A stretch of 61,488 bases of DNA, counting the filler. It is 5 parts of 5 records of this genome, joined end to end, with 100 filler letters (N's around TTAATTAATTAA, not from the genome) between each part and the next. Parts side by side here need not be neighbours in the genome. Positions count along the whole stretch, not along the records: positions 12,967 to 35,555 come from SRR22947725_3008; positions 35,656 to 48,950 come from SRR22947725_3009; 3 more parts are not named here. One strand, written 5' to 3'. A program made the position numbers and the translations under genes. Positions 29,436 to 41,255 of this stretch are shown in pieces. Within the stretch, counting starts at the first letter, position 1. Each line of letters starts with the position of its first letter. The notes under the pieces are model-generated. The model was not told where the DNA came from. It saw nothing but the letters and a program-made list of their open reading frames with translations, and searched no databases.

Positions 29436-30434
29436 TTAAAGATTAAATTGTTGTTTGAGACTAATATATTCAATTGCTTTAATTCTTGGCCCAAACTGAC
29501 TAACAACCCTTGAAGAAGCGGCATTAGCAAAATCAGCAGCCCAACCAAAGTCCTTACCCTGACCTAAAGCAAATAAAAAAGAGCCTGCAAACATATCACC
29601 TGCACCATTCGTATCAACTGCACTTGCCATTACTCCAGCAGTTTGGATTAGACGCGTTCCATCAAATACTAAGGATCCACCAGGTCCCCTAGTAATTGCA
29701 AAAGTCTTTGCATATTTTTTTAACTCCTCTGCTGCAGCCTCAATTGTGTGTGTCCCAGTGAAACTTCTAGCCTCATCCCCATTACAGAAGATGAGATCAA
29801 GGCCATCATCGCCAATAATAGTTTTAATATTTTCAGAAAAAACTTCTACCACAAATGGATCTGAAAGGCTTAAAGAAGTCTTAACTCCATTTTGTTTAGC
29901 AAATTTCATAGCATCTCTTGCAACTGCTGTTCTTTGATCATCAGTGACTACATAACCTTCTATGTATAGCCAGTCTGAGCTTGCTAGAGCTTTTTCGTCA
30001 ACCTCTCGATAAGAAAGCTCAAGGCTTGCTCCTAAATTTGTATTCATAGTTCTTTCGGCGTCTGGCGTAACCATAACGAGGCACTTGCCTGTTACCCCAT
30101 TTGAAGGTTCTACCTGATGAAATTCAACGCCAGACTTGTTGAGGTCTTTAGCAAAAAAAGTGCCTACCTTGTCATCTGCAACTTTACCCGAAAAGAACGT
30201 GGCAGAGCCAAACTGACTGGCTGCTACAACAGAATTACAGGCAGAGCCTCCACAACTCATCTTCACAGGGATGCGCTGTGTTGTTAGAGAATCAATCAGA
30301 AATTTTTGACGCTCTTCATCAACAAGTGTCATTAAGCCTTTACCAATTTCGTTATCACTTAGAAATGAGTCACTCACAATAACTTCTGTATCCACAATAG
30401 CTGCGCCAATGCCATAAATATCATATTTTTTCAT
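29436..30434 (-). CDS. PfkB family kinase (adenosine kinase-like)
   Basis: GGSACN, TPDAERTM, YIEGY, DTNGAGDMFAG. Confidence 0.9.
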   Translation of the reverse strand: MKKYDIYGIGAAIVDTEVIVSDSFLSDNEIGKGLMTLVDEERQKFLIDSLTTQRIPVKMSCGGSACNSVVAASQFGSATFFSGKVADDKVGTFFAKDLNKSGVEFHQVEPSNGVTGKCLVMVTPDAERTMNTNLGASLELSYREVDEKALASSDWLYIEGYVVTDDQRTAVARDAMKFAKQNGVKTSLSLSDPFVVEVFSENIKTIIGDDGLDLIFCNGDEARSFTGTHTIEAAAEELKKYAKTFAITRGPGGSLVFDGTRLIQTAGVMASAVDTNGAGDMFAGSFLFALGQGKDFGWAADFANAASSRVVSQFGPRIKAIEYISLKQQFNL

Positions 30435-30467
30435 TAACTTAAAACTCCAAATTGATTAATAAATAAA

Positions 30468-31397
30468 TCATTCTTTGAGTAGAGCTGGAATTGGAAAACT
30501 CACAGACTCTTCTGCACCACCAAGCTCGATAACTTCAGATCCACCATTAGACATTAGAAATGAAACAACTTCCTGAACCAATATCTCAGGTGCTGATGCT
30601 CCTGCAGTTATGCCAATAGAACTAATACCATCAAGCCATTCATTATCAATATCCTCAGGACCATCAATTAAAAAAGATGGTTTACCTTTATTATCAGCAA
30701 TTTCTTTAAGGCGATTGGAATTTGAAGAATTTTTTGACCCAATTACAATAAGGATTTGAGAATGCTTAATAACCTCTTTAACAGAGTCTTGACGGTTCTG
30801 AGTTGCATAGCAAATATCACTCTTTTTAGGGGACTGAATATTAGGAAATTTAACTTTCAAGGCCTCTACAATCTCGTTTGTATCATCTACTGATAGGGTA
30901 GTTTGGGTTGTGAAAGAAATATCTCTTTCTTTTTGCAGATCAATTTTCTCAACGTCACTTATAGATTCAACCAAGTTAATATTATTATTTTCAGTTGCCT
31001 GCCCAAGAGTTCCCTCTACTTCGGGATGCCCAGCATGTCCAATAAGAATAACCTGATGGTTATATTTTTGGCGACGTGTTACCTCTTTATGGACTTTTGT
31101 AACGAGTGGACAAGTAGCATCATAGATGATGGCTGAGATATCATTCGTCTCTTTTCTGACAGCTTGCGATACGCCATGCGCACTATAAATGACCACACTC
31201 CCGCTTGGCACCTCAGAAATTTCATCAACAAATATAGCCCCTTTATTTTTAAGGTTCTTTACAACGTATTTATTATGGACTACTTCATGACGAACGTAGA
31301 TTGGAGGTCCATGTTTTTCAATGGCGCGATCAACAATCTCGATAGCGCGATCAACTCCAGCACAAAAACCCCTCGGATTTGCTAAATATATCTTCAA
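30468..31397 (-). CDS. ispH: 4-hydroxy-3-methylbut-2-enyl diphosphate reductase
   Basis: PRGFCAGV, DATCPLV, DICYATQNRQ, SSNS, TAGASAPE. Confidence 0.97.
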   Translation of the reverse strand: MKIYLANPRGFCAGVDRAIEIVDRAIEKHGPPIYVRHEVVHNKYVVKNLKNKGAIFVDEISEVPSGSVVIYSAHGVSQAVRKETNDISAIIYDATCPLVTKVHKEVTRRQKYNHQVILIGHAGHPEVEGTLGQATENNNINLVESISDVEKIDLQKERDISFTTQTTLSVDDTNEIVEALKVKFPNIQSPKKSDICYATQNRQDSVKEVIKHSQILIVIGSKNSSNSNRLKEIADNKGKPSFLIDGPEDIDNEWLDGISSIGITAGASAPEILVQEVVSFLMSNGGSEVIELGGAEESVSFPIPALLKE

Positions 31398-31423
31398 AAT
31401 TTAATACACAATAGTTAAAAAAA

Positions 31424-32275
31424 TTAACTAGCTGATGCTGGATGAAGCGCGGAGAGTATTTGAAAAATTTTATTTCTAAGCTCTGATCGAGGAACAATCA
31501 TATCAATAGCACCCTTCTCAAGCAAAAATTCACTTCTTTGAAAACCCTCTGGTAACTCCTCACGAACCGTCTGCTCAACCACTCTCGCTCCTGCAAAACC
31601 AATTCTTGCGTTTGGCTCTGCAATTTGTATGTCACCGAGCATCGCAAGACTAGCAGAAACGCCGCCCATCGTTGGATCAGTTAAAACTGAAATGAATGGT
31701 ATTTTATTATCAGATAGTAACTTCACCGCAAGAGATGTTTTAGACATCTGCATTAATGAGAACAGTCCTTCTTGCATTCTAGCTCCGCCACTTGCTGAAA
31801 AACAAACTAAAGGCTGATTATTCTTGATAGCTAGATGAGCCGCTCTAACAAACTTTTCGCCCACTACGGAGCCCATTGACCCACCCATAAAGCTAAAATC
31901 AAATGCAACTGTGACAATTGGCATGCCCTTTAAAAAACCAGATTTTGCAATGAGTGCATCTTTTTCTTTAGTCTTTTTTTGTGCTTCTTGATAACGATCT
32001 TTATATTTCTTTTGATCTTTGAACTTAAGAGGGTCGACTGATTGAATATTTGGAGCTATCTCAACTTGATTCTCCATATCAAGAAAATCTTGAATGCGCC
32101 TTCTGGCAGAAATTCTTAAATGGTGATTACACTTTGGACAGACATATAGAAGGCGTTCAAGTTCCTCTTGATAAAGAACCCTATTGCACTCAGGACATTT
32201 GCTCCAGAGTCCTTCTGGAATATTTTTTTTAGCATTCTTGCCAATCGATGGCATTATTTTTTCTAACCAACTCAT
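31424..32275 (-). CDS. accD: Acetyl-CoA carboxylase carboxyltransferase beta subunit
   Basis: W.KCPEC...CPKC zinc finger, [23 protein letters not shown]. Confidence 0.97.
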   Translation of the reverse strand: MSWLEKIMPSIGKNAKKNIPEGLWSKCPECNRVLYQEELERLLYVCPKCNHHLRISARRRIQDFLDMENQVEIAPNIQSVDPLKFKDQKKYKDRYQEAQKKTKEKDALIAKSGFLKGMPIVTVAFDFSFMGGSMGSVVGEKFVRAAHLAIKNNQPLVCFSASGGARMQEGLFSLMQMSKTSLAVKLLSDNKIPFISVLTDPTMGGVSASLAMLGDIQIAEPNARIGFAGARVVEQTVREELPEGFQRSEFLLEKGAIDMIVPRSELRNKIFQILSALHPASAS

Positions 32276-32287
32276 ACTATGCCTTAG

Positions 32288-33088
32288 TTAAGTAATTGCA
32301 CTCGAGATTTCTTTTGCTAAATTTCCAACTTTGGTAACCATTTTATCCTTATCAGATGCGAGCTCTTCGACAATAGAGACAAGAGCACTTCCAACTATCA
32401 CTGCATCAGCATTTTCACCAACCTGTTTTGCAGTGTCAGCATCTTTTATGCCAAAACCAACACCCACTGGAAGTTGAATATAATTCCTCATTCGTTCAAG
32501 GTGATAATTGACCGAGTCAATATCAAGATTTGCAGCGCCAGTTACCCCCTTGAGGGAAACATAATAAATATATCCACTGGCTATTTTCGAAATTTGCTCT
32601 AAGCGCTCATCTGTCGTTGTAGGGGCAACCAGAAAAATTAAATCAATCTTATATTTATCCAGCTCCTGTTTAAGATCTGCAGCTTCTTCAGGCGGCATAT
32701 CAACAACTAAAATGCCATCAACTCCAGCCTCGTCTGCTCTAATAGCAAACTCTTTGTAGCCATAGACTTCAATAGGATTGGTATAGCCCATCAAAACGAT
32801 ACCTGTCGTCTGATTGTGCTCTCTAAACCTCTCCACTATTGCAAAAACAGAATCTAAGTTGATGCCGTCTGCAACTGCTCTTTCATGTGACTTTGCAATG
32901 ACAGGCCCATCTGCCATTGGATCAGAGAACGGCATTCCCAATTCGATAATGTCGGCGCCACTATCAGCTAAAGTAAAAACAAGAGCTTCACAGCCATCTA
33001 ACCCACCATCACCAGCAGTAATAAAGGGAATGAAGGCTGTCTGATCTTGATCATCAAGTTTTTTAAAGATATTAGAGATTCTTGACAT
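32288..33088 (-). CDS. trpA: Tryptophan synthase alpha chain
   Basis: ELGMPFSDPMADGPVI, VSLKGVTG, VGFGI. Confidence 0.97.
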   Translation of the reverse strand: MSRISNIFKKLDDQDQTAFIPFITAGDGGLDGCEALVFTLADSGADIIELGMPFSDPMADGPVIAKSHERAVADGINLDSVFAIVERFREHNQTTGIVLMGYTNPIEVYGYKEFAIRADEAGVDGILVVDMPPEEAADLKQELDKYKIDLIFLVAPTTTDERLEQISKIASGYIYYVSLKGVTGAANLDIDSVNYHLERMRNYIQLPVGVGFGIKDADTAKQVGENADAVIVGSALVSIVEELASDKDKMVTKVGNLAKEISSAIT

Positions 33089-33156
33089 ATTGTTATTATT
33101 ATTATTTATTACGAAATTTTAACATAGAGAAACTCTCACTCTATTTAAGTGATTTT

Positions 33157-34197
33157 TTATTTTGAGTATGAATGGACTGCATCAACCAAGGCCTTCATAC
33201 TTTCAGGATTAACATCTGGAGTGATACCATGTCCCAAATTAAATACATGTCCCGTTGATCCTTGAAACTGATCTAAAATTTTATGTGCTTCACTTTTGAT
33301 GACCTCAGCTGATGCATAAAGTACAGATGGGTCAAGGTTACCTTGAAGGGCAACTTTCGAGCCAATCCTTCTTTCTGCCTCTCCAATTTCAACTGTCCAG
33401 TCAATACCAACAGCATCGCAACCAGTTGCAGCAATTTGTTCAAGCCATGCGGATCCGCCTTTTGTAAAAAGCGTAACAGGTATTGTTTTGCCTTCGGGGT
33501 TGCGGTTAATTCCAGCCACTATTTTTGACATATACATTAATGAAAAATTTTCATAACTGGCTTTATTTAAAAGACCACCCCAGGTATCAAAAATCATAAC
33601 TGAGTCCGCACCAGCCTCGATTTGAGAGTTAAGATAGTCAATAATTGTGTCAGCTAGAACATCTAAAAGTTGGTGCATATGCTTTGGATTTTCGTACATC
33701 AATCCTTTAACCTTTGAAAAGGTCTTACTGGAGCCGCCCTCAACCATATAAGTTGCAAGCGTCCATGGACTTCCGCTAAAGCCGATTAGTGGAACCCTTC
33801 CTTTAAGATTTTTTTTGATAACTGATACGGCCTCACTGACATAAGCTAAATCTTTTGATACGTCAGGCTTAGTTAATTGATTAATTTCTGAAAGTGAGCT
33901 CAGCGGGTGAGAAAATTTTGGACCCTCCCCTTCAACAAAGTGTAATCCAAGTCCCATTGCATCTGGAATAGTCAAAATATCAGAAAAGAGAATGGCTGCG
34001 TCTAAATCAAAACGCTCTAATGGTTGAAGTGTAACTTCACAGGCCAAATCACTTGATTTACATAGCGTTAAAAAATCACCCGCTTTTTTTCGAGTTGCTC
34101 GATATTCGGGCAAGTAACGACCTGCTTGTCTCATGACCCAAATAGGGGTTCTGGTGACCTCTTTTTTTAATAACGCATTAATGTAGTCAAAAGCCAT
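33157..34197 (-). CDS. hemE: Uroporphyrinogen decarboxylase
   Basis: [34 protein letters not shown]. Confidence 0.97.
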   Translation of the reverse strand: MAFDYINALLKKEVTRTPIWVMRQAGRYLPEYRATRKKAGDFLTLCKSSDLACEVTLQPLERFDLDAAILFSDILTIPDAMGLGLHFVEGEGPKFSHPLSSLSEINQLTKPDVSKDLAYVSEAVSVIKKNLKGRVPLIGFSGSPWTLATYMVEGGSSKTFSKVKGLMYENPKHMHQLLDVLADTIIDYLNSQIEAGADSVMIFDTWGGLLNKASYENFSLMYMSKIVAGINRNPEGKTIPVTLFTKGGSAWLEQIAATGCDAVGIDWTVEIGEAERRIGSKVALQGNLDPSVLYASAEVIKSEAHKILDQFQGSTGHVFNLGHGITPDVNPESMKALVDAVHSYSK

Positions 34198-34262
34198 TAT
34201 GTTGTCTCAAAATAGTTGATTATATCAATTTTAAATTTTAATCTGAAGTTTCCTTTTGACAC

Positions 34263-34286
34263 AAAAAAAGCCACATTTGTGGCTTT
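34263..34286 (-). terminator. Rho-independent terminator after rpmE
   Basis: Minus strand AAAGCCAC-AAAT-GTGGCTTTTTTT. Confidence 0.8.
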
Positions 34287-34306
34287 AAGAGTCAATCAAT
34301 TTGAAT

Positions 34307-34519
34307 TTAACGTTTGAAAGCGCCGTAGCGAGATTTGAACTTCTCTACTCGTCCAGCAGTATCCATAATCTTTTGCTTGCCTGTGTAAAAAGGGTGACAG
34401 CTTGAACAAACATCAAGATGAATTTCGTCTTTACCTGAAGTTGAGCGAGTCTCGAATGAGTTACCACAACTGCACACAACTTTTATTGTTTCATATGAAG
34501 GGTGAATATCTGTTTGCAT
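34307..34519 (-). CDS. rpmE: 50S ribosomal protein L31 (zinc-binding form)
   Basis: [26 protein letters not shown]. Confidence 0.97.
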   Translation of the reverse strand: MQTDIHPSYETIKVVCSCGNSFETRSTSGKDEIHLDVCSSCHPFYTGKQKIMDTAGRVEKFKSRYGAFKR

Positions 34520-34553
34520 AGCCTTATATCTTCAAGTTTTTCAAAAAGTGGGA

Positions 34554-34582
34554 ATTATATACTATCTCTCTGCTGGGGTAAA
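34554..34582 (-). promoter_or_regulatory. Sigma70 promoter for rpmE
   Basis: TTTACC-17 nt-TATAAT. Confidence 0.55.
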
Positions 34583-34789
34583 TGTTTTAACAGTTAATGC
34601 ATGGAGCTCGCCGCTTTTAATTTCTTCCTTGACAAGACCCAAAACCATACGCTGTCTTTGCAGCAAAGACAAACCCTCAAAGACAGGGGATACTATAACA
34701 GCAGAGCAATTACAACCATCTCCCTCCATTGTTACATCTGAACTTTCAAGTCCTGATTCGAGCTTCAATTGAACTTCTTCTAGTGTCAT
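34562..34789 (-). CDS. BolA/IbaG family protein
   Basis: VSPVFEG, QRQRMV, ELHALTVKTFTP. Confidence 0.9.
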   Translation of the reverse strand: MTLEEVQLKLESGLESSDVTMEGDGCNCSAVIVSPVFEGLSLLQRQRMVLGLVKEEIKSGELHALTVKTFTPAER

Positions 34790-34825
34790 AATTTTTAATG
34801 TAATATTTTGAAATAATTATACGCT

Positions 34826-35555
34826 CTAAGCACTAAAAATACCTTTGAGTGTAAAGAAAAACAAGATCGACATTATTGCTCCAGCTGGCAATGTAATTAA
34901 CCAAGATAGAAATATTCTATTAACAACTCTCAGGTTCAATGATGCTACGCCCCTTGCAATACCCACACCAAGAACAGCACCAACAAGTACCTGAGTTGTT
35001 GAAACTGGAAGCCCCGTATAAGAGGCAAATACTACTGTTGTTGCAGCGGCGAGTTCAGCAGAAAAACCTCTACTTGGCGTTAGCTCAGTAATATTTTTAC
35101 CGATCGTTTTCATTACTCTAAAACCAAAGGTTGCAAGACCAAAGACTATTCCACCGCCACCTACTAGCAATATCCATGAAGGTAGTGCACTTTTTGAGAC
35201 AATTTGTCCGCCCGATTCAACAATACTATAGACCGCAGCTAATGGGCCAATTGCATTTGCAACATCATTTGATCCATGAGCAAAGGCCATTGAGCAGGCT
35301 GTAATTACCATCAGCCCACCAAATAGTTTCTCCATATTTGCATAGGAGAACTCATTATCATCTTCGGGGTTGGTTTTAATTCGCCTAATAATAATTGCGG
35401 CAATGATGGCTGCAAGAATTCCAACTAAAGTTGCAATCATCATACTTGTTGGAAGGTCCTTACCGAGATGTTTTAAAGAATCAACATGCTTGAGTCCTTT
35501 TAATAGAGTAACCAGTGAGAGAACAAATCCTACAAAAAAAACATAGAAAGGGAGG
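34826..35555 (-). CDS. Inorganic phosphate transporter, PiT family (5' truncated)
   Basis: FAHGSNDVANAIGP, GLPVSTTQ, SWLITLP. Confidence 0.92.
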
Positions 35556-35655
35556 NNNNNNNNNNNNNNNNNNNNNNNNNNNNNNNNNNNNNNNNNNNNT
35601 TAATTAATTAANNNNNNNNNNNNNNNNNNNNNNNNNNNNNNNNNNNNNNNNNNNN
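35556..35655. other. Artificial contig-joining spacer
   Basis: N44-TTAATTAATTAA-N44. Confidence 0.98.
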
Positions 35656-36041
35656 CTCCCGCCCTCTCTTTCCGCTCTCCCCCCCGTGCCCCCCGTGGGT
35701 CTGTTTGCCTGTCTCTCCTCTCTCCTCCCTCCCACCCTCTCACCCCTTCCTCTCCCCCCCCTCTCTCTCTCTTTGGAGCGCTTTGGTGTGTACATGCACG
35801 CGCGCGCTCGGGTGTGCTTGCATGTATCACTCGTGCACACCTAGATCAGCCTCTGGGCCACTCATGATCATTAATGCCCGAGAAAACATAACAATGTGCA
35901 ACTCATATATGTGGGTGCATCCCCAGAAGCCAGGATGCCATATGTGGACAAACATGTATCTACACAGACACACACAAAGACAAACACACGCGTGCGCGCA
36001 CACACTTACACACGCACAGGCATACACACACATACTCACAC
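35656..36041. repeat. Eukaryotic low-complexity CT-rich and CA-rich microsatellite tracts
   Basis: CT-rich tract 35656-35772 and imperfect (CA)n 35962-36041. Confidence 0.7.
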
Positions 36042-36085
36042 GTTGGTGTATTGATTCCCAGATGATTTTACGATTGCACCTTGGT

Positions 36086-36618
36086 ATGCAGGCGGTTGCT
36101 GAAATCGATGCCACTTTCAAGAAGCTGCAGAGTAACAATGGTGTCTTGGGTGTCATTGTTCTAAATAACGACGGGGTTCCCATTCGGAGCACGTTTGATG
36201 CAAGCAAGACCACATTATTTGCAGGAGAGCTGACTCCTTTGTGTATGAAGACGAAATCGGCAATGAAAAATCTTGATGCAGAGGTCAGCATAACAAATCG
36301 ACGGCGGCATGATCTCAATCTGAGCATCGTCTCAAATTTGGCCCGGCTTCTGCCTAGGCTCCACGCTTGACCGAATGTCTCGCGTCCAATCGCAGGATGA
36401 ACTGCGGTTCATGAGGCTACGGACCAAAAAGTATGAGATCATGGTGGCACCAGGTATGTGATCGAAACACGCCTCGCTGGTCGCCATGCTTGTTGCGCTA
36501 TGTTCGCATGACGGGCACATTTGAACCCGGCTTGCACTCATGGGTGTGGTGTGTGATGCCAACCAACAAAACAGACCAGTCGTACTACATGGTTTGCGTC
36601 CAAAGCTGCTCCGACTGA
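36086..36618 (+). CDS. DYNLRB: Dynein light chain Roadblock/LC7 (spliced)
   Basis: Exons 36086(or 36092)-36283, 36396-36453, 36575-36618 with GT-AG introns give AEIDATFKKLQ...GVPIRST...DELRFMRLRTKKYEIMVAPDQSYYMVCVQ. Confidence 0.88.
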
Positions 36619-36789
36619 GACGACCATGGGCGTGCTTCTGGATCACCATGGTTCTGTTTTGTTACATTGATCACTAACGAATTCAAATGGAAGGGACTGT
36701 GTTCTTGTTGAACTCATTCATCATGAAGAATCTGTTAACAGAGGGCACGTGATATAGCATTTTCATGTTAAAGATTCTTTTTGTTGCAT

Positions 36790-39118
36790 TTATGCCTCGT
36801 CGTTGTCGTCGTCCGATTTGCCGCCCCCAGCACTTTCTACTTCGCCAACCGGTTTCGGAAGGGACAGCCCTGCCTTCTTCATCTTCCATTTCTGTGCAAT
36901 CTCAAGTAACTTGTTCGCGCTTGTCATGGCCTCTTCATCTGGGAAAATGTAGTCAAAATATTCTTCCCACCCAGACTCGTCGTCTTCCTCCTCCATTTGC
37001 CGCTTCTTCTTCACCCGACGTGGCATCTTATCTGCGACTATTTTTTGAGATGAGTCATCTCCAAACGTGCTTTCAAAGTCCTTCCATGCCTCCAGCAGCA
37101 ACACACGCTCTTCCTTTGGCGCATCGATCTCCTTGAGTGTGTCAGCCCCTCTCTTGAACACATCCCTTGCTTTCTTGACCTCCTCGATTTGCGCCTCGAA
37201 CTGGGCAAGACTCAGCCACACCTTGGGATGTTTTGTCTTATCAAGTAGCCTGTCATATAGTTCGCGCACCTTGTCGTACTCTTCCAGGCGGCTCTCAAAG
37301 TCAATGTAGTGTTTCCAAACCACTTCTGGCATGTCCAACTCCGGTTGGCTTACAGCCAGCTCAAAGATCCTCCTGCACCGGGTATGCTCTTCAAGCTCCT
37401 CTTCCAGCTCAGAGTACTTGGTCCACGCGTCGCAGTTGCTGGGTTCCCGCTGAAGCCAGCTCTGGTACAGCTTTCGCACACGGTCCCAGTTCTGCAACTC
37501 CCGCTCAAGATGAATGTAAGCAACAAATATCTTGGATTTTGGTGCCCGCCCGATAGCGTTGCCAAGAATCTTACGAGCGGCAGACAAGTCACGCATGCGG
37601 ATCTCAAAATGGGCCGCCATTATCCAAACCTTGGAGAAGGAGAAAGACTTGTGTGGAATCACTTTGAGGCACTCACTGTACACCGCCCTTGTCTTATCCA
37701 TATCCTGTGCCGTGAGCTCCTCAAATAACGCGTAGTTTATCCACAAGTAGATATACCTCCTCCAACGGGCCTTTACGGCCGGGGGAATGTTTGCAATTGC
37801 ACGTTCGTACACCTCCCTGACCGCATCAACGTCCCCATGTGACTCCTCCAGCCGGATGTAATCGAACCACACATCGTAGTTGGCCTGGTTTTTCTTAAGC
37901 TCTTCCTCATACTGAAACCGCCGTTTGGATATGATCACGTCCTCGACGCCCTCCCGCGTTCCATGTTGCTTCTCAAAAGTAGTGTAAGTGCGGTAGAGCT
38001 CGGCCGCCTGCTGCTTTGGAATAAGGTCTAGCGCGTACCTGCATTGACCAGATAATAACAGCAAATGTGTAGTCAAACGGGGGACTTGGAGGGACAGCAA
38101 ATGTATAGTCAAACGGGGGACTTGGAGGGGCAGCAGAGGCTCAATGTGGGAGCGAGTGGAGGCATGCCATGCCGTGCAGACAGCTTCGATCGATCAATCG
38201 TGATCTTACGCACTTGAATATGACTCGGGCACGCTCGTACTCCTTGGCCCGCTCCTCAAACTGTGCAAATGCGATGAAGAGCGCCTCGTCGTGGTTGAAC
38301 TCGGTGCCCTCTAGGCTCTGCAGTGCACGCTCCATGACAGACCGAGCACGTGTAATGTTTCTGCGTTTTTCCTCAAACTTGGCGTACTTGAGCCACGCCG
38401 TAGTGGTGTTGTGACACACGACAAATCGCTCCATGATCAACCGCGCGTTCTCAACCTCGTTGTACCGCATCTCGAGCCGTACGTAGCTTGTCCACCCGTT
38501 GTAGTCAGGTTCCCATTCCATCCAGCGCTCAAACACCTGTCGTGCACCCGGGACATTGCCCAGCATCTCCTCCATGTAAGCATACTTGTACCACAGCTGG
38601 TCTACTCGTGGCAGCAACGTCACCGCACGGTCCCAGATATTCCGTGCGTGGTTGATGTGCTTGTGCTTCATCTCCATCTCCGCATACTTGAGCCATAGCG
38701 ATGGTGTCCGGTAATCCACCTCAAGTACCCTCTCCCAGATGGATCGTGCCCGACGGAACTCGCCCTGTTCCTCCTCCCACTTAGCGTACTTCGTGTAGTG
38801 TGTGAGCGTGGTGCGAGAGTGCCGAATATGATCCTCAAACTCCTTGCGTTTCCGCATCCTATACATTTGAAGCTCATCTTCGTCAGTAATTTTCTGTACT
38901 GGAGGCTTGGGATCGACCTCGCGCATGTCCTGTGCCTCACGAAGAATTTGCTCTGCCGTGATCTGGATCGTGGCCGCGCTCTTATTCTTCACCTTGGCTT
39001 GCCTACCCAACGGCTTCGCCGCCCCCGCATCTGTGAACCTGTTACCCTCCGTAAGACGGGATTCCCCGCCCGCCATGGACTCCATGCCTTGGACGTTCAG
39101 TCTGTCCATTTCGCTCAT
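36790..39118 (-). CDS. CRNKL1: Crooked-neck/Clf1 HAT-repeat splicing factor (spliced, ~717 aa)
   Basis: [32 protein letters not shown]; intron 38039-38213 (GTGCGT..CAG) restores IFKYALD. Confidence 0.95.
38058..38129. repeat. Tandem 36-bp duplication inside the crooked-neck intron
   Basis: ACAGCAAATGTRTAGTCAAACGGGGGACTTGGAGGG twice, one mismatch. Confidence 0.9.
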
Positions 39119-39259
39119 GGTTGCACAACCCCTCACCGTCGGTGAAGTTCAAACAATGTCCTCATCACCAATCGCTGATCGTTTTTGTTGAAGTAATTTG
39201 CACAAAAGCGTCGCCGACGCCCACGTCACCGTTCGTCCCCCCCAATCTCTTCCTGAATC

Positions 39260-40540
39260 ATGTCCGTCGTGTGGACTGGATTGTTCGCTGTGTTGGTCAC
39301 CGAGGTGAGCTCTGGCATGGATTTTTCTTACATCTGATGGTTTGTGATCGCGTTGATACCATCTGCTGAACTGTAGTGCACTTGCTGGGTGCCTCCATGA
39401 TTATTACCGAGTGAAGTTGAAGCGCGAGGATGTCCCATCTGATAGACTTTGTATCGGGATGGGCTGACGGTGTGGGAATGTTGCAGTGCGTGGTCTTGAC
39501 CTTTTTACTTATGCCGCTCCCGCACAACATCAAGCGGTCTGTGGTTGAGTTCATCGCGAATTCGTCGATGATGGCCAACGGACGCAGCGTGCGGATGTTT
39601 TTTTACGCGTGTACGCTTGCAATGTTTGTCGAGAGTGTACGACAAGCCCAGAACATCGGCGGGGAGGAATCCAACGACGTGGGTGCCCATGGCCGTTCCT
39701 CACGCGCTCGCGCCCACACATGTTTACTCCTCACGTGCACGTACAAATGCACCACTGTACACGACAACACGCCCACACGCCCACACGTCCACAGGCTTCT
39801 TTTGACGCGTTCCATCGGGCTCAGATTCGCAAGTTTCGTGCTCAGCGTAACGTTTACCTGACATTTTTTGCCCTTTTCTTTGTGTTTGTGATCGAGAGGA
39901 CATGCAAACTTATTATCAGCCAGTCCAAGGCAGAAAGGATGTTAGAGGTGTTGCAGAAGCAGGCACAAAATAACCAGAAAGAGTATGTTAGGTTGGCTAC
40001 AGAGAAGGAGGGCTTGTCCAAAAGTAGCAAAGAGACCAAAGAGGTTGTGGAAGAGGCAACGAAGGCCAAGAAGCAAGCAAAAGAACAATTGAAACAGGCA
40101 GAGAACCAACAAGCTTCGTTTGTGCAGTTGATCGAAGAGCTTACCGAGGTGAAGGAGGCCAACAAGACCCTTTCAGACGAGAACGAAACGTTCCGCACCG
40201 AGCTGAAGAGCGTCAAGGATGACAAGGATGCACTTCAAAGAATCGTTGACGGTGAGTAAGGATGCTTCGGCCCACAGTAGGGGAAAGGTGGGAACGATGG
40301 GTACGTTGTGACTTGGGACATGTCATGTTGATATCAACAGACATCAGTCTAGGGCACGTTTAGCAGTGGTCTGCTTGTAGACTTGACGCGTGAGACAGGC
40401 CGCGGCCATATGCACTCGCTAAGTCTTGTTTCCGATGACCGTTTTCTCAAGCGTGCACGGGTGCGTTTACAATGTGCATTTACACACTCACACATGCAGA
40501 CTACAACGATAAATACGGCGACATAAAGAAGGACAAATGA
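39260..40540 (+). CDS. BCAP31: BAP31/BAP29 ER membrane protein (4 exons, ~244 aa)
   Basis: Exons 39260-39304, 39487-39678, 39795-40251, 40500-40540; MSVVWTGLFAVLVTECVVLTFLLMPLP, KFRAQRNVYLT, coiled coil, C-terminal KKDK ER-retrieval motif. Confidence 0.9.
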
Positions 40541-40546
40541 TTTCGA

Positions 40547-40596
40547 CGAGGAGGAGGAGAAGGAGGAGGAGGAGAAGGAGGAGGAGAAGGAAGAGG
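40547..40596. repeat. Purine (GAG/AAG) microsatellite downstream of BAP31
   Basis: GAGGAGGAGGAGAAG-type tract. Confidence 0.85.
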
Positions 40597-40714
40597 TCAT
40601 GCACCGTACTGGACACCCCCGTGCATGGTTTTGACGGAACTGCACCACTGCGTCAACCCTTTCCTGGAACTGGCACACACTGGGTCTAATGAACTCGCAG
40701 CTTCACCAGGACAT

Positions 40715-40775
40715 TCACCCGCACAATCACCAACACATCACCCGCACAATCACCAACACATCATTAGCACAATCA
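40715..40775. repeat. 23-bp tandem repeat
   Basis: TCACCCGCACAATCACCAACACA twice plus a partial third copy. Confidence 0.85.
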
Positions 40776-41255
40776 TCGACGCTCCCACCGCCACAATCAC
40801 GACCACTGAATCAGCACAATCATTGGATCGAGGTTTCGAATTTTCCGAGAACAATCTGGCTTACTGTGCCAATCCTAACTGTGCCAAGAGCCCTTCTCAT
40901 TTTTCATTTTCGCTTTTTTGACATGAAGTCAATCACTTTTGATGATGTGGCCAGGACGAGTCGGTGTATCTCGTCGTCAACTGGGACAATCACGAGATGC
41001 ACGCAACTGGCACAATTGCCACTGAAATGAATGTACATGGTCATAATACCAATGGAATATATTACACTGTCCTGGACACGATCACGACCCCGGGCCATCT
41101 GCAAATGAAGGCTTCAACGGCGAAATACCTTCACTTTTTCCCATTTATAATGTGTCAGGCGTACGGAATTTCTAGAGTCGCAAACGCTGACATCGATCGA
41201 TCGATATTGCGAGGGCAGCTCGTTGCGTGACCGCATGACAAAATCGTTAGCAGGA

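Noticed and set aside
7078-33088. Two trpA, two gltB, two Nudix and two PfkB genes in one window; bacterial genes beside intron-containing genes
   Set aside because: They lie on different contigs from different organisms, so this is not duplication or gene transfer
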